In this document: positions 19,190-29,821 of the stretch, piece by piece | How positions within the stretch are numbered: the stretch's first letter is position 1 | How the letters are laid out: every line of letters starts with the position of its first letter | Assembly: GCA_950068325.1 (NCBI GenBank) | Contig: CATMHQ010000001.1 | Location: 12,433 to 76,432 of the forward strand | Direction: 5' to 3' | Source: an uncultured Fidelibacterota bacterium | Lineage (GTDB): Bacteria; Fidelibacterota; Marinisomatia; Marinisomatales; UBA1611 | DNA length: 64,000 nt | Notes under the pieces: generated by a model | What the model was told of the DNA's origin: nothing | Database searches by the model: none | Seen by the model: the letters and a program-made list of their open reading frames with translations, nothing else | Translations under genes and position numbers: made by a program

Positions 19190-21192
19190 TGGCTCGGCTC
19201 CACGGATTTACTAAAAAACAGATTCTTGAAATTTATGAAACTATGGTACTTGCTCGGAAACTAGATACTAAAATGATGATCATGTTGAAGCAAGGGAAAG
19301 CATTTTTTCATATGGGCTGTTCTGGTCATGAAGCTGCACAAATGGCAGCAGCCGTTGCCCTGCGGCGTGGGACGGATTGGTCTTATCCCTACTATCGCGA
19401 TGCCGCTTATTGTTTAGGCTTGGGGATGACATCGAAGGAACAATTGCTTGGATTCCTGGCACGGGAAGCAGATCCTAACTCAGGTGGCCGTCAAATGCCA
19501 CAGCATTATAGTCATAAAAAATTGAGAATTGTGAGTCAGTCGAGTCCAACGGGGACACAATATTTGCAAGCGGTAGGATGCGCTATGGCCCGCCGAATGG
19601 AAAAAACAAAAGATGTAGTTTATGTGTCATCAGGTGAAGGGACCACGAGTCAGGGGGATTTTCACGAGGCATTGAATTGGGCCAGCAATGCAAAAGCACC
19701 TGTCATTTTTCATATCCAGGATAATGAGTATGCCATTTCCACCCACAAATCGGAGCAATCGGCAAGCTCAGTTTTTTCCATGGCAGCCGGTTATAAGAAT
19801 TTATCTCGGTATGAGGTGAATGGGACAAATTTCTTTGAATCCAATCTGGCATTTAAACAAGCAATTGACCGGGCACGTAAAGGAAAAGGGCCTTCAATTA
19901 TTGTTTCAAATGTTGTTCGTCTATTACCCCATTCCAGTTCGGATGATCAGCGGAAATATCGCACCCCGGAAGAACTGGAAGAAGATAGAAAACGCGACCC
20001 TTTAACCATTCTTGAAGATCAATGTATTAAGGAAAAAATGTTCTCACCCCAAGATTTTGAAAAAATTAGAGACCGAATTTCTAAGCAGGTTGATGAGGAA
20101 TCGGTGTGGGCAGAATCCCAGGATCATCCGGATGTGGATACAGCATTAGATCATATTTACAGTCATGAAGTGCCCATGAGTGAACCAGATTTAAACCCCA
20201 TGGGGAATAAGGTGGTTATCGTCGATGCAGTGAACCACGCGTTAAAAGAAGAAATGGCTCGAAATGAAAAAATGGTGATCTTTGGTCAAGATATTGCGGA
20301 TCCAAAAGGGGGTGTATTTACTGCAACGAAAGGGTTGTCAGATAGGTTTGGAAAGGACCGTGTGTTTAATTCACCTTTGGCAGAATCGTCCATTATTGGT
20401 ACGGCTATTGGCATGGCAGTCACGGGATATAAGCCGGTGGTTGAGATCCAATTCGGTGATTACATCTGGACAGCTATGATGCAAATTCGGAATGAATTAA
20501 TAACAATGCGGTATCGATCGAATAATGAATGGAATTGCCCAGTGGTCATCCGAATTCCCGTAGGCGGATATATTCATGGGGCGCTGTGCCACAGTCAGTC
20601 AATTGATGGCTATTTTATTCATATGCCTGGAATTTACTTGGCGTATCCTTCCAATGCTGCTGATGTAAAAGGCCTTTTGAAAATGGCTTGCAGGATGAAT
20701 GATCCGGTAGTCTTTATGGAACATAAGGGACTTTATAGGCAAGGCTACGCCGCCACAGAAGAGCCGGGCGAAGATTATATTTTACCCTTCGGTAAAGCCA
20801 GAATCGTAACGGAAGGTGATGACCTTACCATTATAACCTGGGGCGCCATGGTTCAAAAATCTATTGAAGGAGTAAAATCACTTGGACTTCCGAAAGGCTC
20901 TGTAGAGATTATTGACCTGCGGACGTTGAATCCATTGGATCTGGATTCGATTGAATCTTCGTTGGTCAAAACAGGAAAAGCATTGGTGGTCTATGAAGAC
21001 AATTTAACCAATGGCCCCGGCGCAGAGATTTCAGCACTCATTGCCGACAAATATTTTGAATACTTGGACGGACCGATCCGACGTGTTGCAGCGAAAGATT
21101 CACCTGTCCCATACAATTGGTTTTTGGAAGAAAAAGTGCTTCCCCAAACATCGGATGTTGCGGAAGCCATAGCAGAATTATTGGAGTATTAA
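19189..21192 (+). CDS. 2-oxoacid (probably branched-chain) dehydrogenase E1, fused alpha/beta subunits
   Basis: ThDP-binding GEGTTSQGDFHEALN...N, HSSSDD loop, beta-half FNSPLAESSIIG and EIQFGDY. Confidence 0.92.
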   Translation: MARLHGFTKKQILEIYETMVLARKLDTKMMIMLKQGKAFFHMGCSGHEAAQMAAAVALRRGTDWSYPYYRDAAYCLGLGMTSKEQLLGFLAREADPNSGGRQMPQHYSHKKLRIVSQSSPTGTQYLQAVGCAMARRMEKTKDVVYVSSGEGTTSQGDFHEALNWASNAKAPVIFHIQDNEYAISTHKSEQSASSVFSMAAGYKNLSRYEVNGTNFFESNLAFKQAIDRARKGKGPSIIVSNVVRLLPHSSSDDQRKYRTPEELEEDRKRDPLTILEDQCIKEKMFSPQDFEKIRDRISKQVDEESVWAESQDHPDVDTALDHIYSHEVPMSEPDLNPMGNKVVIVDAVNHALKEEMARNEKMVIFGQDIADPKGGVFTATKGLSDRFGKDRVFNSPLAESSIIGTAIGMAVTGYKPVVEIQFGDYIWTAMMQIRNELITMRYRSNNEWNCPVVIRIPVGGYIHGALCHSQSIDGYFIHMPGIYLAYPSNAADVKGLLKMACRMNDPVVFMEHKGLYRQGYAATEEPGEDYILPFGKARIVTEGDDLTIITWGAMVQKSIEGVKSLGLPKGSVEIIDLRTLNPLDLDSIESSLVKTGKALVVYEDNLTNGPGAEISALIADKYFEYLDGPIRRVAAKDSPVPYNWFLEEKVLPQTSDVAEAIAELLEY

Positions 21193-22497
21193 ATGATCAT
21201 TGATATTGTCATGCCCAAAATGGGCGAATCCATCACCGAAGGGACCATTCTTGAATGGCGAAAAAAAGTTGGTGAATCCATCGAATTGGATGAAATATTA
21301 CTTGAGATTGGAACCGATAAAGTCGATTCTGAAATTCCATCTTCCGCAGCGGGTGTTGTGGTAGAAATTCTTGCCGAGCCCAATGATGTGAAAGAAGTAG
21401 GTGAAGTGATTGCAAAGATCGATACAGATGGGAGTGGGGCAACGCCAACGCCACCTGAATCAGCTCCTGAACCTGAAATGGCCCAAACTCCTGAACCAAT
21501 CCCTGATCTGGTTGCAGAGCCTGCTCCGGCACCAAGCACACCTAAACCAATATCGACTCCATCTGGTGAAAAGAAATTTTATACACCTGTGGTCATGAAG
21601 ATCGTGGTTGAACAGGGACTTTCACTCAATGAATTGGAATTGATCCAGGGATCCGGTCGAGGTGGACGTGTGACCAAGAAAGATGTATTGGCCTACTTGG
21701 AAAACCGAGGAATTGCACCAGCACAAACCATGGCAGACCTTGTTTCGGCTCCGACATCGGTGCTTGCACCACAACCAGTTTCATCTGCTGTAGCTGGACG
21801 GACAGAAGAAATGCATCATATGCGGAAACTGATCGCAGATCACATGCGTGAAAGCATCGAAACCTCGGCTCATGTTTACGTGATGACAGAAGTGGATATG
21901 ACGCCTATCGTGGACTACGTTAAAATGAATGGGGATTCATTTGTTGCACGGGAAGCATTCAAACTCACTTACACGCCATTTATGGTGGATGCGGTGGTAA
22001 AAGCGCTCCAGGATTTCCCGGAAATGAATTCATCCATTTCCGGTACATCCGTAACGTATCATAAAAATATTAATGTGGGAATAGCGGTGGCCATCGAAAA
22101 TGGACTCATGGTTCCAGCCATATTCAATTGCGAAGAGAAAAACTTTCTGGGACTCTGCCGTTCGGTGAATGATGTGGCGAAACGGACACGAAGTAAACAA
22201 ATCTCCGCAGATGAATTATCCGGTTCTACATTTACGATTACCAATTTTGGCGTGTTTGGTGTGACAGTTGGAACACCCATCATCAACCAACCCAATGTTG
22301 GGATTTTGGGTGTGGGCGCAATTAAGAAGCAACCTGTTGTAATTGAATCTCCACAAGGTGATGCCATTGCCATTCGGAGTATGATGATGCTATCTCTTGG
22401 ATTTGATCATCGTCTCATTGATGGTGCTGGAGGTTCAAAATTCATTGAACGGATTCGCCATTATTTGGAAACCATGGATTTGGAAACGATTTTTTGA
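21193..22497 (+). CDS. Dihydrolipoamide acyltransferase (E2)
   Basis: Lipoyl domain TDKVDSEIPS, E3-binding GSGRGGRVTKKDV, catalytic FDHRLIDG. Confidence 0.95.
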   Translation: MIIDIVMPKMGESITEGTILEWRKKVGESIELDEILLEIGTDKVDSEIPSSAAGVVVEILAEPNDVKEVGEVIAKIDTDGSGATPTPPESAPEPEMAQTPEPIPDLVAEPAPAPSTPKPISTPSGEKKFYTPVVMKIVVEQGLSLNELELIQGSGRGGRVTKKDVLAYLENRGIAPAQTMADLVSAPTSVLAPQPVSSAVAGRTEEMHHMRKLIADHMRESIETSAHVYVMTEVDMTPIVDYVKMNGDSFVAREAFKLTYTPFMVDAVVKALQDFPEMNSSISGTSVTYHKNINVGIAVAIENGLMVPAIFNCEEKNFLGLCRSVNDVAKRTRSKQISADELSGSTFTITNFGVFGVTVGTPIINQPNVGILGVGAIKKQPVVIESPQGDAIAIRSMMMLSLGFDHRLIDGAGGSKFIERIRHYLETMDLETIF

Positions 22498-22507
22498 TGG
22501 CTAGATA

Positions 22508-23335
22508 ATGTCCATTGATCACGTATTAAAATTGTATTCCGAGACGATTCGATCGCCCTATCTTCATTATGGGTTTTGGGATGACCCATTTTCTGTTGAC
22601 TTGGACAAAGTCACGTTGCAAGAGATCAAAGATGCCCAAAATCGATACATTGAACATTTGGCATCTTTCATTCCGGAGGATGTGAGTTCTGTTTTGGATG
22701 TGGGGTGTGGAATTGGAGGAAACGCAAAATATCTTCAAAATAATGGCTATGATATCGAAACACTTTCTCCTGATGATTTCCAAAAGTCGGTGATCGATGA
22801 AAAATTCAATGGCAGTCTGAAATTTCACCATTGCAAATTTGAAAAATTCAAACCGACAAAAGCATACGACCTGATCCTGGAAAGTGAAAGCGCTTGCTAC
22901 ATCAAAATCAATCAAGGATTTGAAAAGGCGAGGGAGACACTTCGGGATGATGGTTATTTATTAGCATCAGATTATTTTGTACATTTCAGGGATGGAACCA
23001 AGAATCCCCATTTAAAAGCATCCCACGATCTGGAGAAATATCTATCCGGCGCCAAGGCTCATGGGTTTGAATTGATACGTGAATATGACCAGACCGAAAA
23101 CACGATGCCCACGCTGGATTTTGGAAAATATTTTATCGACCGGTTTGTGAATCCCACTATGGAATATGGAATATATTCAGCAAAGAAAAATTACCCGCGA
23201 ACATCAGCAATCATATCAAAAATAATTGGCTCTAAATTTGAAGAGAAAAAAGATCAACTTGAGCTGATTGACAGCAGCCAATTTCGGAAATATCGTAAAT
23301 ACATGATCTACTTATTCCAAAAGAAAAATGACTGA
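22508..23335 (+). CDS. Class I SAM-dependent methyltransferase (sterol/tocopherol-MT-like)
   Basis: LHYGFW and VLDVGCGIGG motifs. Confidence 0.85.
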   Translation: MSIDHVLKLYSETIRSPYLHYGFWDDPFSVDLDKVTLQEIKDAQNRYIEHLASFIPEDVSSVLDVGCGIGGNAKYLQNNGYDIETLSPDDFQKSVIDEKFNGSLKFHHCKFEKFKPTKAYDLILESESACYIKINQGFEKARETLRDDGYLLASDYFVHFRDGTKNPHLKASHDLEKYLSGAKAHGFELIREYDQTENTMPTLDFGKYFIDRFVNPTMEYGIYSAKKNYPRTSAIISKIIGSKFEEKKDQLELIDSSQFRKYRKYMIYLFQKKND

Positions 23336-24197
23336 AACCATCACAAAATCCTATAAACCGAAGATCCGCTTGCAAATGACGGAAGGCTACAAATTTGTGA
23401 ATGATGTGGTGCAGACGAATAAACTCCACACGGTTTGCGAAGAAGCCCGCTGCCCCAATATTTATGAATGTTGGGATCGGCGCACAGCTACAATCATGAT
23501 TCTTGGAGATGTGTGTACTCGTGCCTGCGGATTCTGTTCGGTAAAAACAGGAAAACCCACATGGGATGATCCCTTGGAACCCTTCCGTACGGCCATGGCC
23601 GTGAAGAAAATGAATCTTCGTCATGTGGTGATCACTTCGGTGGATCGGGATGATTTGAAAGATGATTATGGCGCAACCATCTGGGCTAATACAATTCGGC
23701 AGGTTCACATCCATGTTCCCGATTGTACATTGGAAGTGTTAACACCCGATTTTAAAGGACACGAACCATCTCTTTTAAAAGTGTTTGCTGCGCGACCGGA
23801 AATATTCAGCCATAATGTGGAATGCATCGAAAGGATAAGTAAACAGGTTCGGAGTCAAGCCAACTGGCAGAGGAGTTTAGGTGTGTTAAAATTTTCTGTG
23901 AAAAATGGTCTTCTGACTAAAACCGGGATGATGGTTGGTCTGGGAGAAACATCCAAAGAAGTGGTGGAAACGATGAAACAAGTAAAGGATACTGGCGTGA
24001 CCATTTTTACAATCGGGCAATATTTACAGCCGACCAGAAACCACTTACCGGTGGTTCGGTATGTTGAAGAACAAGAATTCGCTGATTATAAGAAAATCGG
24101 TTTGGAGCTAGGATTTGATGTTATGGAATCAGGACCTTTAGTGCGCAGTTCTTACCACGCTGATGAACATGCCAGAATGGTCATGGAGGAAAAATGA
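23328..24197 (+). CDS. lipA: Lipoyl synthase
   Basis: CEEARCPNIYEC, CTRACGFC, VRSSYHA. Confidence 0.96.
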   Translation: MTETITKSYKPKIRLQMTEGYKFVNDVVQTNKLHTVCEEARCPNIYECWDRRTATIMILGDVCTRACGFCSVKTGKPTWDDPLEPFRTAMAVKKMNLRHVVITSVDRDDLKDDYGATIWANTIRQVHIHVPDCTLEVLTPDFKGHEPSLLKVFAARPEIFSHNVECIERISKQVRSQANWQRSLGVLKFSVKNGLLTKTGMMVGLGETSKEVVETMKQVKDTGVTIFTIGQYLQPTRNHLPVVRYVEEQEFADYKKIGLELGFDVMESGPLVRSSYHADEHARMVMEEK

Positions 24198-24835
24198 AAC
24201 CGCAAGAATTAATTTTATTATTTACAGTCATTGTTGCAGCGGCCTTGAGTTTTTATATCATGGGACAGGAATCCAAAGATCTAAATGAAATTGATTCGCA
24301 TGTCGAGCACGATCATGAATCAACAGTTCAGATCTTAAATCGCGGAGAAACAAAAGTTACATTAAAACCAGGGTATGATCAGATTGGGCGACTACAAGCG
24401 AAAATTCCTGATGGATGGAAGCGGGAGCAACCAGCCAGTTCCATGCGGATTGCTCAATTCCAAATTTCTGGAAAAGATGGAGGTGGAGAATTAATAGTAT
24501 TTTCTGGCATTGGCGGGAGTGTAGATGCAAATCTTGAACGGTGGTATGGACAATTCAAAAGCGAAACACAACAATCAGTTTCCGAAACTGCAGTAAAATC
24601 GCATGACCATATAAACGGAATGAACGTGACTTTCTCCTATGCATACGGAACCTATATGAAATCATCCATGGGTATGGGCGGCTCTACGACAGAAATGCCC
24701 AACTATGCCCTAACAGCAGCTATTGTTTCCGCGCCGGACGGACCCTATTATTTTAAAGGAACAGGCTCTAAATCTACGATGGATGCTCACAAAGCAAATT
24801 TTGAAACATTTATCCAAAGTATTGAAGCATTATAA
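24194..24835 (+). CDS. Hypothetical membrane-anchored protein
   Basis: N-terminal TM segment; IPDGW..PASSMR, GGSVDANLERWYGQF, YYFKGTG. Confidence 0.65.
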   Translation: MKPQELILLFTVIVAAALSFYIMGQESKDLNEIDSHVEHDHESTVQILNRGETKVTLKPGYDQIGRLQAKIPDGWKREQPASSMRIAQFQISGKDGGGELIVFSGIGGSVDANLERWYGQFKSETQQSVSETAVKSHDHINGMNVTFSYAYGTYMKSSMGMGGSTTEMPNYALTAAIVSAPDGPYYFKGTGSKSTMDAHKANFETFIQSIEAL

Positions 24836-24948
24836 AAGTGTGCCATATCAACAGATATTTAAATTTGTCACAGACGAATCATCAGGGGAACAAAACTGGC
24901 ACAATCCTTGTAAATTCAAGAAAGAGAATTTTTGTCTAAGGGACATCC

Positions 24949-27351
24949 ATGAATCAAAAATTAACAGAAGAACAAATCGAAGATTTTAATATCAAAGAGG
25001 CAGACGAATATCCCGTGATGCCTTTGCGGAATACAGTGTTGTTTCCACAGCAAGTGATTCCCATTTATATCGGGCGGGCTCGAAGCCTGAAACTCATTAA
25101 CGATCTGGATCCTAAAAAACGATATATCGTAGTTGTGGCGCAGGAAGATGGTTCTATCGAAGATCCCAAACCTGCAGACCTTTATGCATACGGAACCCTT
25201 GCTCAAGTTTTGAAAGTGTTTGATATGCCGGACAATAGTAAATCCGCCATAGTTCAAGGTATTTCCCGTGTGAAAATTTTAGACTATATCAACCAGGAAC
25301 CGTATTTTTTTGCAGCTGTGGAATCCATGGAAGAAGAGCCCATTTCAGATGAATTGGAAGTGGATGCGTTGGCTGCCAATTTGAGACAGGCATTTGATGA
25401 ATTGATGAAGGTGGCGCCGAATCTCACGGAAGAACATTCCGGGATGTTGAAAAACATCCAAAAAGCCAATCGCCTGACAGACCGTGCCATTTCTGTTATC
25501 ACTATTTCAAACCAGGAAAAGCAGGAGATCTTGGAAGAACTGAATGTGAAAAAACGGATTGAAAAAGCACTGAGCCTGATCTCCCGGGAGATCCAGCGAA
25601 TCAAATTGGGCGAAGAGATCCAGTCAGAAGTTCACGATGAGATCACCAAAACCCAACGGGAGTATTATTTACGTGAGCAGATGAAAGCGATCAAGAAGGA
25701 ATTGGGTGAGGACGAAGGTTCGGTTGAGCTCAAGGAATTGGAAAACAAATTAAAAGCAGCCAAAATGACTGAAGAAGCAGAAAAAGTGGCCATGAAAGAA
25801 TTGGATCGATTGGGACGAATTCCAACCCAATCTCCAGAATATAACGTCTCCAGAACCTATATTGAATGGTTATCTGAATTACCATGGAGTGAGTCCACTA
25901 AAGATAGAATCGACTTGAAAGAAGCGATGAAAATCCTGGAGGAAGACCATTATGGATTGGACAAAGTCAAGGAACGGATCATTGAATATTTGGCGGTTCG
26001 AAACCTAAAACAGAAAAAAGATCCAGACAGCAGAGTTCGAGGACCCATTCTGTGTTTTGGTGGCCCTCCCGGTGTGGGTAAAACATCTCTCGGTAAATCC
26101 ATTGCCCGTGCCATGGAACGTAAATTTGTACGTATATCTCTTGGTGGTATTCGGGACGAAGCTGAGATCCGTGGTCATCGCAGAACCTATATTGGCGCGT
26201 TGCCTGGACGAATTATTCAAAGTATTAAAAAAGCGGGGAAAAATAATCCGGTCTTTATGCTGGATGAGATTGATAAACTGGGGGCTGATTTCCGCGGTGA
26301 TCCATCATCTGCACTATTGGAAGTGTTGGATCCTGAACAGAACTATTCCTTCAGCGATCACTATTTGGAAGTGGATTTTGACCTGAGCAATGTCATGTTT
26401 ATTGCCACGGCAAACTATCAGGATGCCATCCCGCCAGCGCTTCGAGACAGAATGGAAATCCTGGAGTTTTCCGGATATATTGAAGATGAAAAAGTACAGA
26501 TCGCAAAGCGGCATATTCTCCCTAAACAGGTGGAAGAGAATGGTCTAACCAAAGAGCAAGTCACCTTTGATACTGCATCTGTGAAAGAATTGATCCGCTC
26601 TTACACCCGGGAAGCAGGTGTTCGAAATCTGGAACGTGAAATAGCAAATGTTCTGAGAAAAGTGGCTCGGGAACTGGTGGAAGGAAAAACGAAAAAGATG
26701 AAAATTACCAAAACAAAAGTTGGTGATTATTTGGGTGCGCCCCGATTCCATTCTGAATTAGCAGAACGCACCACCAAACCTGGTGTTGTGACTGGTTTGG
26801 CCTGGACAGCGGCCGGTGGAGATATCCTGTTTATAGAATCCACTCGAATGAAAGGAAAGGGTCGGTTGACGCTGACAGGCCAACTCGGTGATGTGATGAA
26901 GGAATCTGCCACAGCAGGGCTGGCTTTTGTCCGCTCTCATGCAGAAGAATTTGGCCTTGACCCAGATTTCAATGAAAAAACAGATATTCATATTCATGTG
27001 CCTGCGGGAGCCATCCCGAAAGATGGCCCATCTGCCGGTGTGAGTATGGTTACATCTCTTGTTTCACTTTTATCTGGAATTCCGGTAAAAGAAAAAGTAG
27101 CTATGACGGGTGAAATCACGCTTCGTGGGAATGTCCTTCCAATCGGTGGCGTAAAAGAGAAAGTCACTGCGGCCCATCGCTCAGGAATTAAAGAAGTGAT
27201 TTTGCCGGACCATAACCGGAAAGACCTTGAAGATGTGCCGGAACATGTAGCCAAAGATCTAACGTTTCATTTTGCCAAAGAGATCAAAGATGTGCTGAAA
27301 GTAGCTGTAGCAGGTGTTGTAAAAACTAGAAAAAAATCTAAAAAATCCTAA
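24949..27351 (+). CDS. lon: ATP-dependent protease La
   Basis: LPLRNTVLFP-type N-domain, GPPGVGKT, LDEIDK, PKDGPSAG, GGVKEK. Confidence 0.97.
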   Translation: MNQKLTEEQIEDFNIKEADEYPVMPLRNTVLFPQQVIPIYIGRARSLKLINDLDPKKRYIVVVAQEDGSIEDPKPADLYAYGTLAQVLKVFDMPDNSKSAIVQGISRVKILDYINQEPYFFAAVESMEEEPISDELEVDALAANLRQAFDELMKVAPNLTEEHSGMLKNIQKANRLTDRAISVITISNQEKQEILEELNVKKRIEKALSLISREIQRIKLGEEIQSEVHDEITKTQREYYLREQMKAIKKELGEDEGSVELKELENKLKAAKMTEEAEKVAMKELDRLGRIPTQSPEYNVSRTYIEWLSELPWSESTKDRIDLKEAMKILEEDHYGLDKVKERIIEYLAVRNLKQKKDPDSRVRGPILCFGGPPGVGKTSLGKSIARAMERKFVRISLGGIRDEAEIRGHRRTYIGALPGRIIQSIKKAGKNNPVFMLDEIDKLGADFRGDPSSALLEVLDPEQNYSFSDHYLEVDFDLSNVMFIATANYQDAIPPALRDRMEILEFSGYIEDEKVQIAKRHILPKQVEENGLTKEQVTFDTASVKELIRSYTREAGVRNLEREIANVLRKVARELVEGKTKKMKITKTKVGDYLGAPRFHSELAERTTKPGVVTGLAWTAAGGDILFIESTRMKGKGRLTLTGQLGDVMKESATAGLAFVRSHAEEFGLDPDFNEKTDIHIHVPAGAIPKDGPSAGVSMVTSLVSLLSGIPVKEKVAMTGEITLRGNVLPIGGVKEKVTAAHRSGIKEVILPDHNRKDLEDVPEHVAKDLTFHFAKEIKDVLKVAVAGVVKTRKKSKKS

Positions 27352-27383
27352 TTGAAATAAGTAATATCGCCGGTTAAATTTAA

Positions 27384-27457
27384 GGGCGATTAGCTCAGTT
27401 GGTTAGAGCACTGCGTTTACACCGCAGGTGTCGGGAGTTCGAATCTCTCATCGCCCA
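27384..27457 (+). tRNA. tRNA-Val(TAC); 3' CCA not encoded
   Basis: Acceptor stem GGGCGAT/ATCGCCC, D arm TAGCTCAGTTGGTTAGAGC, anticodon stem CTGCG/CGCAG with loop TTTACAC, T loop TTCGAAT. Confidence 0.96.
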
Positions 27458-27509
27458 CTAAGCCCTGTAAAAATGGCTTATAACATCTTGTAAAAGATAA
27501 AGGAAACAA

Positions 27510-27719
27510 ATGCCAGAAAAAAAACAAGGAACCGTTAAATGGTTCAATAATTCTAAGGGCTACGGTTTTATCGAGTGTGAAGGTCAAAAAGATCTTTTTG
27601 TTCATATGAACGAAATTTTGATGGATGGCTTTAAAACACTTTCTGAAAAACAAAAAGTTGAATTTGAAGTTGGCGAAGGGCAAAAAGGCCCCGTTGCTTT
27701 ACAAGTGAAACCTTTATAG
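27510..27719 (+). CDS. Cold-shock domain protein
   Basis: [30 protein letters not shown]. Confidence 0.95.
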   Translation: MPEKKQGTVKWFNNSKGYGFIECEGQKDLFVHMNEILMDGFKTLSEKQKVEFEVGEGQKGPVALQVKPL

Positions 27720-27738
27720 TTCTACTCTGGAATTAGTT

Positions 27739-27776
27739 AAAAAGCCATCCGTCAACCGGCGGATGGCTTTTTTTTT
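27739..27776 (+). terminator. Rho-independent terminator after csp
   Basis: AAAAAGCCATCCG-TCAACCGG-CGGATGGC followed by T9. Confidence 0.9.
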
Positions 27777-27810
27777 CAATAACATTTATTTTAATTGTTT
27801 TCCTTGTTCT

Positions 27811-27969
27811 GTCATTACAAGGAGTGGAGCGACGTGGTAATCTCGTTTGTGGACCTAGGCTCGAGAATGTATTAACGAGTACGCTCCATTAAAATGACAA
27901 TGCTGTTTAAATCGGTTCGGGATGGCAGAATAATGATACATGAAGTCAGGTACAGGATACCGCGATGAC
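27811..27969. repeat. Degenerate GTCATT-type REP-like element
   Basis: Left end GTCATTACAAGGAGTGGAGCGACGTGGTAATCTC; right end CGCGATGAC is roughly complementary to the left GTCAT end. Confidence 0.5.
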
Positions 27970-28077
27970 CCTATTTTTAAACCAATATTAAAAACTCTCC
28001 TAGAAAAGCAGGTGTTTTTTATTTCTAACAAATTCAGCAATTTCCAAGGGTTAGTCTTCTATTAAATTCAAATCATC

Positions 28078-28512
28078 ATGAAAAATTTTCTCGTCCTTAT
28101 TCCATTCCTATGCACTTTATTATTTTCGCAATCCATCCAGGTGGTAGACCAATTCCATAAAAATGGACTTCCGAAAGTTGTCCATCATTACCGGGAATCA
28201 AATAATCGACTGGAACTCTTTCAAAAAACATTTTATCATTCAAATGGACAAAAGGAAAAAGAAGGAACCTATTTCAATGGCAGTAAAGATGGAAAGTGGA
28301 AAGAATGGCGGAAAGATGGGACTCTCATGGAAGAGGGGAATTATGAAAACGGTGATAAACATGGTAAATGGATTCACTGGGGGAAAAATGGTAAAAGATT
28401 AAAGGAAGGAAAATATGTCCATGGAGAGAAAGATGGTGTTTGGGTCAAGTTTACTCCCAATGGGTTTAAACTGTGGGAAAAGAATTATTATCATGGAGAA
28501 CAGATTGACTAA
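28078..28512 (+). CDS. Secreted MORN-variant repeat protein (YwqK-like)
   Basis: Signal peptide; repeats of the form Y.NG.K.G.W..W...G...EG.Y. Confidence 0.85.
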   Translation: MKNFLVLIPFLCTLLFSQSIQVVDQFHKNGLPKVVHHYRESNNRLELFQKTFYHSNGQKEKEGTYFNGSKDGKWKEWRKDGTLMEEGNYENGDKHGKWIHWGKNGKRLKEGKYVHGEKDGVWVKFTPNGFKLWEKNYYHGEQID

Positions 28513-28588
28513 CCTTTCCCTGAATGAGTAGGTTTCACTTCCAAAATAATTCTACAAATTAGAGATACCCATCAAAGGTAATAATCAA

Positions 28589-29821
28589 ATGCAAAATTTA
28601 AAAATCTCTAAACAAGTATGTGCGTTCCTGTCTTGGCTGTCATTAGCGTTTCCACAAATCGAGTTTGATGTAAGTTGGACTTCCTATGTAACCTATTACC
28701 TGAGTATGGTGGATATCAATACAGGTGAATCCAACATGCCCATCTTCATGGCTGAACTGAGTCGTGAATCCGGTGCTGCAGATACGGTGGGTGTGGATAT
28801 TGAATTTGAAATCATTATTGATTCTGATGCGCTGGGTGTTGATCATGAAACATTGGTCAAAGTTGAAACAACACAGCCTATCATCCTGTCCGCTCCTATC
28901 CATTTATCCAATATGGATCTGAATCTAGCCACAGACCAGATCTTTGATGATTTTGGAAATCCCGTTGATCTGAGCCTGAAGATTTCAGAACAAATGGACT
29001 TGAGTGATGCTGAAGATATGATGAGTGTGATCCTCCAGACTGGGCAACTTCCAGACGGTATTTATACCTTCCGTGTTACTGCAACAGTTGAAAATGGTGA
29101 ACAGATCATTAAAGAAGATATACTTAATATTTCTAATCCAGCGACGCTGCAACTGGTTTCTCCCGGTGGGATTCTAGCCGATACAACACTTAACGAAGTG
29201 TACACATCCTTCCCAGTTTTGCAGTGGGAATCGGACCCCTGTAATTATACCAATCCCATTACGGGTGAAAGTGGATGCGAATTTTTTATCCGTCTAGCCG
29301 AATTTAAATCACAGGAACATTCCTCCATGGATCAGGCCATCGAATCGGTGACCCGTTTACCGTTAGATCAATCCTTGGGATTTGAGCCCGTTGGATTCGG
29401 TGTGACCACATTTCAATATCCAACGGATGCAGGTGATCTTGAACCGGGAAAAGTCTATGTTTGGCAGATTCGCAAAGATATGACAACCACAGCCGGGACC
29501 GAACAATTAATGAGTGATATCATGTCCTTTAAGGTGAAGGATTTCACATCGACAGAGAGCAGCGATCCGGGATCAGAAGATACGAGCCCTGTCGGGATGG
29601 CATTGCGGTCTCTTATTGGCGATGAATTAGCGAACCAGATTTTCGGATCTGGTGGCGAGGCAGAAGGCATGGCTGCCAATGGCACTATCACCTTGAATGG
29701 TGAAAGTGTGGATGTTTCATTTGTGCAATCTTTGGTTTCCATGGGCATTGCCACGGAAGATGATGATGGCAATGAAACATATCAACCGGTTGAAATCATT
29801 TCGGTGGAGGTGTCAGAATGA
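28589..29821 (+). CDS. Secreted acidic hypothetical protein with Ig/FN3-like domains
   Basis: Signal peptide; GQLPDGIYTF, LQLVSPG, PVLQW, FQYP...LEPGKVYVWQI. Confidence 0.7.
   Translation: MQNLKISKQVCAFLSWLSLAFPQIEFDVSWTSYVTYYLSMVDINTGESNMPIFMAELSRESGAADTVGVDIEFEIIIDSDALGVDHETLVKVETTQPIILSAPIHLSNMDLNLATDQIFDDFGNPVDLSLKISEQMDLSDAEDMMSVILQTGQLPDGIYTFRVTATVENGEQIIKEDILNISNPATLQLVSPGGILADTTLNEVYTSFPVLQWESDPCNYTNPITGESGCEFFIRLAEFKSQEHSSMDQAIESVTRLPLDQSLGFEPVGFGVTTFQYPTDAGDLEPGKVYVWQIRKDMTTTAGTEQLMSDIMSFKVKDFTSTESSDPGSEDTSPVGMALRSLIGDELANQIFGSGGEAEGMAANGTITLNGESVDVSFVQSLVSMGIATEDDDGNETYQPVEIISVEVSE

Noticed and set aside
19189-21192. Fused E1 alpha/beta subunit as a novelty
   Set aside because: This fusion is common in Bacteroidota, Chlamydiae and related groups.
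28078-28512. Toxin-antitoxin system (YwqK-like antitoxin)
   Set aside because: It is a generic secreted MORN-variant repeat protein with no adjacent toxin gene.
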